DNA of 64,000 nucleotides from Patescibacteria group bacterium (GTDB taxonomy: Bacteria; Patescibacteriota; Minisyncoccia; Phycocordibacterales; UBA918), in contig JAIEOU010000001.1 of NCBI GenBank assembly GCA_019750255.1, positions 36,006-100,005 of the forward strand. The letters run 5' to 3'. Made by a program: the position numbers and the translations under genes. Positions 37,310 through 45,534 of the stretch are shown piece by piece (the first letter of the stretch is position 1; each line of letters begins with the position of its first letter). The notes beneath the pieces are model-generated. The model saw only the letters and a list, made by a program, of their open reading frames with translations, did no database searches and was not told the DNA's origin.

Positions 37310-38300
37310 GTTTGCCATTCTAACCTCCCCACTCTTTGTCGTGGGTCTCGTTATAAAACTGTATGCGAGTGCCCTCTTTGCGTCGGAATACTTTACTGAC
37401 CTCTTTGTTCCGTTTCTTAAGTATTTTGCACAGACCGGCAACGACCCGTACGCGCACTTTTTCAGTCTCGGCATCCTGGGGGCCTTCCCCTACCCACAGC
37501 TGATGCTGTATCTCATGTCCTTGCCGGGACTCATTTTTGCACCCCTCCTTTCCTCGGGCACCTTTACGATTGCCCCGGGCGACCTCCTCCTTTACCGCCT
37601 CCCCCTCCTCTGTGCCGATATTGTTATCCTGCTCATCCTCGCGCGCTGGCTCCAACACCACCACCGGGCGCTCCTCATTTTCTATTGGTGCTCGCCTATT
37701 CTCTTTTATATCACCTACCTCCACGGCCAACTCGATGTGTTGCCAATTGCCCTGGTCTTTCTTTTTATCCACCTCCTCTTTAAGGAACGCTGGTTCTTAT
37801 CTGCCCTCCTCCTCTCGGCTAGTATTGCCACCAAATTCCACCTGGTGGTACTGCTCCCCTTTACCTTTATCTACCTTTGGCGCCACCTTGGTTTTGGTCG
37901 CAGGCTGCTCGGATTTTTTGCCACAGTGGCTAGCGGATTTTTCTTGGTCAATGCAGCGCAGCTATTCTCACCGGCCTTCCTGGCCATGGTCTTTAGTAAT
38001 CAAGAACAGACTAAAGTCTTTGACCTCTCCATCTCCTTTGGGACACCGTTTATTTTTTTATGTAGTACCGGCAGCCTTTGCCCTCCTCTTGCTCCACTAC
38101 CTGCGCCTCGAACGACACGGCCGAGACACCTTCGTCATGTTCCTTGGCTTTGCCTTTGGTATTCTCACCCTCTTTATTCCTCCCATGCCTGGGTGGTACT
38201 TCTGGGTGGTGCCATTCTTTGTCTACTTTGGCGTAAAGCACCAACGACGCTCCTTACTTCCCCTCGCCTGCTTAACCGTTGCCTATTTCCTCCACTTTAG
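37260..38300 (+). CDS. GT-C membrane glycosyltransferase (GT87/PIG-M-like), N-terminal part of a frameshifted fusion gene
   Basis: FPYP, RLPLLCAD, YWCSPILFYITYLHGQLD, K..P motifs in a multi-TM context; this frame loses plausibility after the T7 run at 38053-38059. Confidence 0.75.
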   Translation: MPHLQKTLLYDKTGTFKFAILTSPLFVVGLVIKLYASALFASEYFTDLFVPFLKYFAQTGNDPYAHFFSLGILGAFPYPQLMLYLMSLPGLIFAPLLSSGTFTIAPGDLLLYRLPLLCADIVILLILARWLQHHHRALLIFYWCSPILFYITYLHGQLDVLPIALVFLFIHLLFKERWFLSALLLSASIATKFHLVVLLPFTFIYLWRHLGFGRRLLGFFATVASGFFLVNAAQLFSPAFLAMVFSNQEQTKVFDLSISFGTPFIFLCSTGSLCPPLAPLPAPRTTRPRHLRHVPWLCLWYSHPLYSSHAWVVLLGGAILCLLWRKAPTTLLTSPRLLNRCLFPPL

Positions 38301-39411
38301 TCTCTCACCGCAGAGTGATTACTTTGAACTGTTTGCGGTTATTGCCCCCAGTATTGCCGCGCTGCCAAACCCCTACGCCCTCCTCTCAAACGCCGGCCTC
38401 CCGGCAGCGCTACTAAGCAACCTGGCCTTTACCCTGCTGCAGGCTTGCCTCCTTGCAAACGTCGCGCTGATCTACCGCTATGGTGTTGAAGAAGGTCGCC
38501 GCAAAAAACTGTACAATGCACCCTTCCTCGTCGGTATTGCCGGTGACTCCGGTAGTGGTAAAACCACGCTCACAAGACTCCTTACCGATATCTTCGGCGC
38601 GCGCGACGTGGCAACTGTCGAAGGCGATGCTCTGCACCGCTGGGAGCGTGGTAACGAAATGTGGAAGACGTACACCCACCTCGACCCCAAAGCCAACGCG
38701 CTCCACGAAGACCTCGAGCACGTCACGCGGTTACGTGCCGGTGAGGATACGTTCAGGCGTCACTACGACCACAAAACCGGTACATTTACCGAAGCCGAAC
38801 GCCTACCGTCTAAACGCCTCATCCTCTTTGAGGGTCTCCATTCGTTTTATCTCACGAGCATGGCTACCCTTCTTGATCTCAAGGTGTTTATCATGCCGGA
38901 CGACACGCTACGGACGCACTGGAAACTGCTCCGCGATGTTGGCGAGCGCGGCTATAGCAAAGAGCGAGTCCTTGACCAACTCGCCGCCCGCGCGAAAGAT
39001 GCGGCCGACTATATCGCAAGTCAAGAACCGCTCTCGGATGTTACGTTCACCTTGCGCGCTGACAACGTTACGCCTGCCACCGTCGGTACCCCGATTGATT
39101 TGGCACTCTATCTCGAAGTACGGTGTAGCAACGCCATCAATGTCGACAGTCTACTCAATGAACTCGCAAAACAGCCACAGATCGAAGCTGAACACAAGTT
39201 TGTCGGTAAATCACAACTCATTCGACTCTACGGTTCCTGCAACGCCGAGACGATTGAACAACTCTCGTATCGACTCACCCCCGAACTCTACGATATGACC
39301 TTCCATGAACCCGGCTGGTCGGGTGGGTATAATGGTCTTATGCAACTTTTCCTCGTGTACTACATCTTTGCCTCCGTACGTCTTTCTAGTCATTATGAGC
39401 AAACACATTAA
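38137..39411 (+). CDS. C-terminal part of the frameshifted fusion: remaining TM helices plus a phosphoribulokinase-like (PRK/uridine kinase family) domain
   Basis: TM helices with PPMPGWYFW, then GIAGDSGSGKTT, GDALH, HLDPKAN, YDHKTGTF, FEGLH, WKLLRDVGERGYS; plausible coding in this frame from about 38058. Confidence 0.8.
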   Translation: MFLGFAFGILTLFIPPMPGWYFWVVPFFVYFGVKHQRRSLLPLACLTVAYFLHFSLSPQSDYFELFAVIAPSIAALPNPYALLSNAGLPAALLSNLAFTLLQACLLANVALIYRYGVEEGRRKKLYNAPFLVGIAGDSGSGKTTLTRLLTDIFGARDVATVEGDALHRWERGNEMWKTYTHLDPKANALHEDLEHVTRLRAGEDTFRRHYDHKTGTFTEAERLPSKRLILFEGLHSFYLTSMATLLDLKVFIMPDDTLRTHWKLLRDVGERGYSKERVLDQLAARAKDAADYIASQEPLSDVTFTLRADNVTPATVGTPIDLALYLEVRCSNAINVDSLLNELAKQPQIEAEHKFVGKSQLIRLYGSCNAETIEQLSYRLTPELYDMTFHEPGWSGGYNGLMQLFLVYYIFASVRLSSHYEQTH

Positions 39412-40393
39412 AGACCTCATCACCCTCGCACAACACATTGGTGCGCGTCCCGACTATACCCAAGGCGGCGGGGGTAATGTCTCAATGAAAGACGCGGCAG
39501 CAATGCTGGTAAAAGCCTCAGGGCTTCGCTTGAGCGAACTCACGGATGCGTCACACTTCGTTACCATCGACCATAAGGCCGTACGCGACTGGCACGACGA
39601 GGTTATTCTTGAAACACCGCTCCCTGAACTGATTGCAGCCGGGGACAGCGCCATCAACGCCACTATCCTTGCGAGCGGTGGTGGTCGCCCTTCAATAGAA
39701 ACTGGCTTTCACGCCCTTCTTGGTGAGACCGTCCTTCACACCCACTCGGTCTACGCCAATATTCTTATGTGCGCGCACGAGGGTGAAGCGCTTATGCGCA
39801 CCCTCTTCCCGGAGGCTGCCTTTATTCCGTACAACACCCCGGGCGTCGCTCTTACCCTTGCTATCAAAGCAGCCGGAGCGACCGAAGGGAGCGATATCAT
39901 CTTCCTTGAAAACCACGGCCTCATTATCGTTGCCCCGACTCCCGATGAAGCGCAGAGGAAGCACGAAGAAGTAAACGAAAAGCTCCGACTCTACTTTGCA
40001 CTCACGGACTCCTACCCCACGCTCGCCATCGCATCAAATGAAACCGGCTGGGAAAGTAATTCGGTCGCTCTAAAGAATAGGATTATGGGGAACCCGGAGA
40101 CCCTCTTCACTTTTAAAGACACCATTCTCTTTCCCGACCAAGTAGTCTATGGCGACGCGATCAGTTACGAGCCCACCGCGCCCGACAAAATCACGATTGA
40201 CCCTGTGACCGGCAGCATTACTTATGCCTGTAGCGAAAAAGAAGCACTTGCCATTGAAGAGACACTCGCCGCCTGGCTCTACATTCACGACACCGTCACC
40301 GAAAAAGGCCTTACCCTCAAAACCCTAGCCGCAGCCGAAGGCGTTTTTATTGCTAACCTCGATAGCGAAAAGTACCGGAAAAGTATACTGTAG
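39395..40393 (+). CDS. Class II aldolase/adducin family protein (RhaD/AraD-like aldolase or epimerase)
   Basis: QGGGGNVSMK, VKASG, RPSIETGFH, LHTHS, FLENHG metal-binding motifs. Confidence 0.88.
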   Translation: MSKHIKDLITLAQHIGARPDYTQGGGGNVSMKDAAAMLVKASGLRLSELTDASHFVTIDHKAVRDWHDEVILETPLPELIAAGDSAINATILASGGGRPSIETGFHALLGETVLHTHSVYANILMCAHEGEALMRTLFPEAAFIPYNTPGVALTLAIKAAGATEGSDIIFLENHGLIIVAPTPDEAQRKHEEVNEKLRLYFALTDSYPTLAIASNETGWESNSVALKNRIMGNPETLFTFKDTILFPDQVVYGDAISYEPTAPDKITIDPVTGSITYACSEKEALAIEETLAAWLYIHDTVTEKGLTLKTLAAAEGVFIANLDSEKYRKSIL

Positions 40394-40397
40394 TCGC

Positions 40398-41294
40398 ATG
40401 CAACTCATCATTCCAATGTCGGGTCACGGTTCGCGTTTCGCGCGAGCGGGCTATACGGCGCCAAAGCCACTCATTGTTGTTGAAGGCAAACCCATCATCG
40501 CCCACGTGCTCGATATCTTTCCTGGTGAGACAAACGTTACTTTTGTGTGCAACAACAGCCACCTGACCACGACCGATATGCGGTCGGTACTTGAAGGACT
40601 GGCCCCGAGCGCTAATATCCGTGGGTACGAAACAGGCGAGGCACCGAAGGGCCCCATGGCAGCGGTTCAATCGGTCTACGACCTCATCGCCGATGAGGAA
40701 CCGGTGATAATTTCCTACTGCGACTACGGGCAAGAGTGGGACTACGAGGCTTTCAAGCGGGAGGTGAAAGAACGTGGGGTGGCTGGAGCGGTTCCGTCAT
40801 ACACCGGTTTTCACCCACACCTCCTTCACAAAAACCTCTATGGTGGCATTCTGGCCGACGCGAATAATCTACTTATTGATTACCGCGAAAAGTTTTCCTT
40901 TACCGAGAACCCGCAAGATTCGTACCACTCGGGTGGTGCCTACTACTTCAAAACCGGCACTCTAATGAAGCAGTACCACGACATCGCGAGTGCGCATGAC
41001 GAAACCCGTATTAACGGCGAGCACTACACGAGCATCCCCTTCTACTTTATGAAGGACGACGGGCTCCCCATCTACGTACCGGCCGTGACGCGCTTTATGC
41101 AGTGGGGTACGCCCGAAGACCTCGAAGAGTACGAGGCCTGGTCACGACTTGTGCACGAGCGGGAGGGTCTCGAAAAGAAACCGACTTACATCCCCCAGAG
41201 TCGTGAGGAGTTCGTTAAGATTCCGTACGCCGAGGGCACACCGGAATTTGCTCAGTGCTACGAGTATTGGTGCGCCCATTTCTGCAAAGAATAG
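40398..41294 (+). CDS. Sugar-phosphate nucleotidyltransferase (NTP_transferase fold) 1
   Basis: IIPMSGHGSRF..AGY..PKPLI, ISYCD, GAYYF, INGEHY, WGTPEDL. Confidence 0.85.
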   Translation: MQLIIPMSGHGSRFARAGYTAPKPLIVVEGKPIIAHVLDIFPGETNVTFVCNNSHLTTTDMRSVLEGLAPSANIRGYETGEAPKGPMAAVQSVYDLIADEEPVIISYCDYGQEWDYEAFKREVKERGVAGAVPSYTGFHPHLLHKNLYGGILADANNLLIDYREKFSFTENPQDSYHSGGAYYFKTGTLMKQYHDIASAHDETRINGEHYTSIPFYFMKDDGLPIYVPAVTRFMQWGTPEDLEEYEAWSRLVHEREGLEKKPTYIPQSREEFVKIPYAEGTPEFAQCYEYWCAHFCKE

Positions 41295-41309
41295 TGCCTG
41301 TTACGGGAG

Positions 41310-41337
41310 GGATGGGCGCTACGCGCCCATCCTTTTT
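41310..41337 (+). terminator. Rho-independent terminator after nucleotidyltransferase 1
   Basis: ggatgggcgc/gcgcccatcc stem plus ttttt; followed by TATAAT (41358-41363) for the next gene. Confidence 0.75.
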
Positions 41338-41369
41338 GCGTTTGTAACCCACCTCTATATAATGAGCGC

Positions 41370-42188
41370 ATGATTACAATCATTCCAATGGCTGGTCTTG
41401 GTTCACGATTTTCAAAGGACGATTATTTGCTCCCCAAGCCCCTCATTCCCGTCTCGGGTAAACCAATGATTACCCAGGTCATGCGTGGCCTCCCCACTGC
41501 CAGCAAAAGTGTCTTTATCGTTCGCACTGAACACATCGATCAGTTCACAATTGACGCACTTATTAAAGACCAAGTACCAAACGCTGAAATCATTCCGATC
41601 AACTACACCACTGAAGGCCAGGCCACTACCTGCCTCCTTGGACTTGAGGGGATCGCCGACGATGAGGAAATTTTCATCAATGCCTGTGACAACGGTTTTC
41701 TGTATGACGCAGCGAAATTTGACGAGCTCCGCGCCCGCGTGGACGTCGATTGTATTTTGTGGTCATTTACCAAAGACCCACTGTTGGTCGCTAAGCCCGA
41801 AGCCTGGGGCTGGGTTAAGCTCGAGGACGATAAAGAAACGATTGCTGACATGTCGGTAAAAATTCCGGTCTCCGACGACCCCTTTAACGACCACGCCGTA
41901 GTTGCTACTTTTTGGTTTAGGCGGGCTGGTGACTTCCGCGCCGCCTACGCCAAAATGGTAGAAGAAAACTACCGTATCAACAACGAGTTCTACGTCGACT
42001 CCCTGCCGATCTTCATGAAAAAGCTCGGTAAGAAGAGTGTCGTCTTCCCCGTTGACCTTTACGTGAGCTGGGGCAAGCCAGCCGACCTCCATCTCTACGA
42101 CCTGCGCGAGCACGAGTTCCGTATTAAAAAGGGTGAAGGCTACGACAACGCCCACTGGAACTCCTTCTTCACCGGACTCCTAGCCTAA
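41370..42188 (+). CDS. Sugar-phosphate nucleotidyltransferase 2
   Basis: IIPMAGLGSRF...LPKPLIPV, TEGQATT, INACD, INNEFYVD, WGKPADL. Confidence 0.85.
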   Translation: MITIIPMAGLGSRFSKDDYLLPKPLIPVSGKPMITQVMRGLPTASKSVFIVRTEHIDQFTIDALIKDQVPNAEIIPINYTTEGQATTCLLGLEGIADDEEIFINACDNGFLYDAAKFDELRARVDVDCILWSFTKDPLLVAKPEAWGWVKLEDDKETIADMSVKIPVSDDPFNDHAVVATFWFRRAGDFRAAYAKMVEENYRINNEFYVDSLPIFMKKLGKKSVVFPVDLYVSWGKPADLHLYDLREHEFRIKKGEGYDNAHWNSFFTGLLA

Positions 42189-42205
42189 TACGCCGCCAAT
42201 AAATA

Positions 42206-42246
42206 ATCACGACCCCGCGGGGCATAGTGTCCGGCGGGGTCGTGAT
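42206..42246. terminator. Bidirectional terminator between convergent genes
   Basis: 13-bp stem atcacgaccccgc / gcggggtcgtgat. Confidence 0.75.
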
Positions 42247-42265
42247 GTTATTTACAATTATTCTA

Positions 42266-42907
42266 TTACATCCCTGCCGCTTCCCACTGATGCGCTTCTT
42301 CAAGTGAGGTCATGACCGCGGTTGGTGCAAAGTGAAGCACTTTCATGTGGGCAATATAGTTTTGGATATCATCTGGCCTCCCCCAGCGCTCTGGGCACAC
42401 GAGACACGTCTTAAATCCTGCCAGGCGACGGACGATATCAGCATCGAGAGGCATCTTCGTATTGGTATCAATCCATACCCAATCAAGGAGCGGTGTCCCG
42501 TCTACCACCTGCGCTTCTACCGCCTCTATTGGCTCGGCCTCACTGTACCGTACGGCCATGGCGCGCACTCCTTCCTTGCGAGTGGCGCGGTAGAGGTACG
42601 GAAACTCAACATCAAGGAGGTACGACCACCCGAGTGACACTGGGTCGAGGTGCTGGTGTGCCAGCTCAAGGATACGCGCCTCGTACCCCGCTTCTTTGGT
42701 ATTAAAGATGATGCCACCCTGTATACCGAGTCGCACGTACTCCTTAAGAAAATATTCAAACGATAGGTACTCCACACCGGTCTTGAGTGGATCGTGGTTT
42801 AGGAACATCTGGTCGCCCATCCCCCGAATATCAATCTCCACCCCAAAGTGCTTTGGTACTTTTGCCAGTTTTTCTAAGGTATTCACTCGGTGTGCGTAGA
42901 TATGCAT
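42266..42907 (-). CDS. GDPD/PI-PLC-like phosphodiesterase (small form)
   Basis: YAHRVN, GVEIDIR, LNHDP, FNTKE, RYSEAEP, WVWID, CLVCPE pattern of PLC-like TIM barrels. Confidence 0.75.
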   Translation of the reverse strand: MHIYAHRVNTLEKLAKVPKHFGVEIDIRGMGDQMFLNHDPLKTGVEYLSFEYFLKEYVRLGIQGGIIFNTKEAGYEARILELAHQHLDPVSLGWSYLLDVEFPYLYRATRKEGVRAMAVRYSEAEPIEAVEAQVVDGTPLLDWVWIDTNTKMPLDADIVRRLAGFKTCLVCPERWGRPDDIQNYIAHMKVLHFAPTAVMTSLEEAHQWEAAGM

Positions 42908-43212
42908 GTAAAACACTTATATGGGTCGATGCCCTTAGCCTAGCATAAAAAGCAAGCCGTCCTGACCTAAGAAACCAACTTACGCGTGTGGTTTAAGACA
43001 GCACGGTAACGAATATTCCAAGTGCAAAATGACCATATGATCGAACACATCGTACGTAATGTCGAGCTCATCTAAGAACCACCGCCAATGTCACTTCCTA
43101 AGCAGCCGCCCAAATACAGCAGCTCACTGCTCCATATTAAAACATGTAAATTACAAATATCAAGAAACTACGCTCTCCATTTTAACGCTATACTTCAGGT
43201 TCAATTGCTTTC

Positions 43213-43599
43213 ATGACACTCACGCCTGATTTAAAAAAGCAGCTCTTCCGCTTCATAGTCGTTGGGTGCAGTGCGGTGGCCGCTGATTTTGTTAGCTATA
43301 CCCTCCTTCTCAATTTTTTTGATTATGCCCCCGCCAAAAGTATTTCATTTATTCTTGGCACCGTCGTAGCGTATGTATGCAATAAGTATTGGACGTTTGA
43401 AAAGCCCGAACATAAGAACTCCGAGGTTTTAAACTTTATCGTACTCTACACCACGACGCTCGGCGTTAATGTCGGGATTAATAACGCTTCCCTTCTCCTT
43501 TTTCCCGAACTGGTTATTTTTGCTTTTCTCTGCGCCACCGGAAGCAGTACTATCCTTAATTTCATAGGACAAAAATGGTGGGTGTTCCGTCATAGGTAG
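43213..43599 (+). CDS. GtrA family lipid-linked monosaccharide flippase
   Basis: 128 aa, four TM, FRFIVVG, YVCNKYWTF, LNFIGQKWWVF. Confidence 0.9.
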   Translation: MTLTPDLKKQLFRFIVVGCSAVAADFVSYTLLLNFFDYAPAKSISFILGTVVAYVCNKYWTFEKPEHKNSEVLNFIVLYTTTLGVNVGINNASLLLFPELVIFAFLCATGSSTILNFIGQKWWVFRHR

Positions 43600-43651
43600 G
43601 TGCACGACCACTTCCGCCCTTACTTCTTCCTCCCAACACAACCTCACCTGC

Positions 43652-45493
43652 ATGACCCTCCTTACCCTCATCATTATCAATACGCTCTGCATACTGCTAG
43701 CGGTATACTTATGTATCCTGATTGGAGCGAAGATTTCGCGTCGCCTCCCTCTTTCTACCTTTTCGTCCCCTTATTTTAAGGTAGGGGTAGATTTTTATGT
43801 TGGCTGTACCGCTTTTGTTGGGGTTTGGCTTATGAGCAGTCTCATTGTTAAGAGTGTTGAATTAAGCCTCTACCTAACAACCGCTCTTTGTATCCTGCTC
43901 CTACCCTACCAAACACCTCGACTCCCGTCAGCCTCAAAAAAAACCCTCATGGTGATCGTGGGTGTCGTACTCGCAGTCCAGGCTATTGGCTTTTCCCGAG
44001 CACTGGACCCAATGCCTTTGTATTACGTAACGCAGCCTGAGCTCGTGGATCCCTTCTTTGGCTTTGGCACCGTGGTGCATAGTTTTCGCGCCGCTAATAT
44101 CACAGAGTTTATTACAGAACATGATCGCTTCCCGGTACTCGGCCAGCACACTTTTCAAGGGGTACTCGCAAGCCTGACGGCATTTTCAAAATTTCACTCG
44201 ACACAATTTTCACTGATTGTCTGGCTCAATCTATTTGCGGCATTTTCAATTCTCCTCGCATACGGTTTCCTCCGTCATTTTTTGAACAGATACAGAGCCC
44301 TTCTCGCGACACTTGCTGTCGCCCTGGGCAATACCCTCCTTTCCCCCTTTTATACGAGCATCACGGATACCGAAAGCGCGCTGTTACGTATCACGAACTT
44401 TGAAGCCCTCTTTGGGACGATGACAATATTCATTGCCATTGCAATTACTTATTGTATCGTCACCTCGCCTCACCGCCGGCTTTTGTATATACCTCATCTC
44501 ACCTTTTTTGTGTTTGGGTTTATTTGGAACATCTCAAGCGGACACATGATTGTTGTGTTATCGCTCGTCCTTTTGGCAACGATCATCTATTGCTACCTAA
44601 GGCACTACTCGCTTCGGGCAGCCTTCACACTCGGTTTCGCGCTGTGTCTTGGTGGAGTACTTGGAGCCGTTACCCTTGGCGGCATGTTTAGCAAGGGTAA
44701 CCCTGTCGCTATAGAAAAAATTCCCGGCATGATGAGCGTCATCAAGGAGGGTCAAGCACCCATTGCTCTGCGCTTCCCGAGAACGAGTGAAAGTGGGGTA
44801 CGCAATCCCGCAGAAATAAGAAACATTATATCTGCCCTGCGCCCCGGAACCGAACCGGCGCTCGCACCAATTTTTGAAAGCCCGACTGAAATAATTGCAC
44901 CGGCCGCACCCGCTGTACCACCCTCACTGACACAGCGGGTTAAAAACCACCCGATTACGTTTGGGGCAGCAAAAATTGTGCGCTCAGTGCAGGTTGTGTT
45001 CTTCCCGCTGCTCGGCATATTTTTGGGGTGGTACGTCTTACGTAAAAAGCTTGTGCCCCAAGCCCACACTGAACTATTTACCTATCTCACCGTTGTAACT
45101 TCCCTTACGTTCCTCTTCGGGTGGTGCCTATCTACGGTGTTTACCGTGTATGGCTATTACTGGGAGCTCAGTCGCTTTCTCTACTTGGGCGCATTTTTAA
45201 GCATGACGCTCTTGGGCCTCTCCACGGCTTTCCTCTACCCCACTTTTGGCACCCTTAGAAAAATTGGAGTGCTGTGCGTATTCATCTTTGTGTTGATGGG
45301 TCCGAGCCTCGACCTGACGCTCAAAAGTGTGGGTGACTTAGTTTTACCTCCTGAAGTTAAGCCCGATGTGATTTCGCTCATCCCCGAGGAGAACCAAAGA
45401 CCACTATCTAAATGGGAGCGATTTGAATTTTTAATCGACTCCAACCGGACGTACGGCAGTCAATTTTTCCAATTGCGAACTCCAATTGAATAG
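43652..45493 (+). CDS. Polytopic membrane protein, possible GT-C glycosyltransferase
   Basis: Roughly 13 hydrophobic segments with large loops; lies between GtrA and the polyprenyl-phosphate GT2. Confidence 0.6.
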   Translation: MTLLTLIIINTLCILLAVYLCILIGAKISRRLPLSTFSSPYFKVGVDFYVGCTAFVGVWLMSSLIVKSVELSLYLTTALCILLLPYQTPRLPSASKKTLMVIVGVVLAVQAIGFSRALDPMPLYYVTQPELVDPFFGFGTVVHSFRAANITEFITEHDRFPVLGQHTFQGVLASLTAFSKFHSTQFSLIVWLNLFAAFSILLAYGFLRHFLNRYRALLATLAVALGNTLLSPFYTSITDTESALLRITNFEALFGTMTIFIAIAITYCIVTSPHRRLLYIPHLTFFVFGFIWNISSGHMIVVLSLVLLATIIYCYLRHYSLRAAFTLGFALCLGGVLGAVTLGGMFSKGNPVAIEKIPGMMSVIKEGQAPIALRFPRTSESGVRNPAEIRNIISALRPGTEPALAPIFESPTEIIAPAAPAVPPSLTQRVKNHPITFGAAKIVRSVQVVFFPLLGIFLGWYVLRKKLVPQAHTELFTYLTVVTSLTFLFGWCLSTVFTVYGYYWELSRFLYLGAFLSMTLLGLSTAFLYPTFGTLRKIGVLCVFIFVLMGPSLDLTLKSVGDLVLPPEVKPDVISLIPEENQRPLSKWERFEFLIDSNRTYGSQFFQLRTPIE

Positions 45494-45534
45494 CGGGGTA
45501 AATGCTTTCGCGAACAACTACCTTCACCTAACCT

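Noticed and set aside
38500-39411. Calvin cycle / carbon fixation inferred from the PRK-like domain
   Set aside because: No RuBisCO in the window, and the domain is fused to a glycosyltransferase inside a glycan locus.
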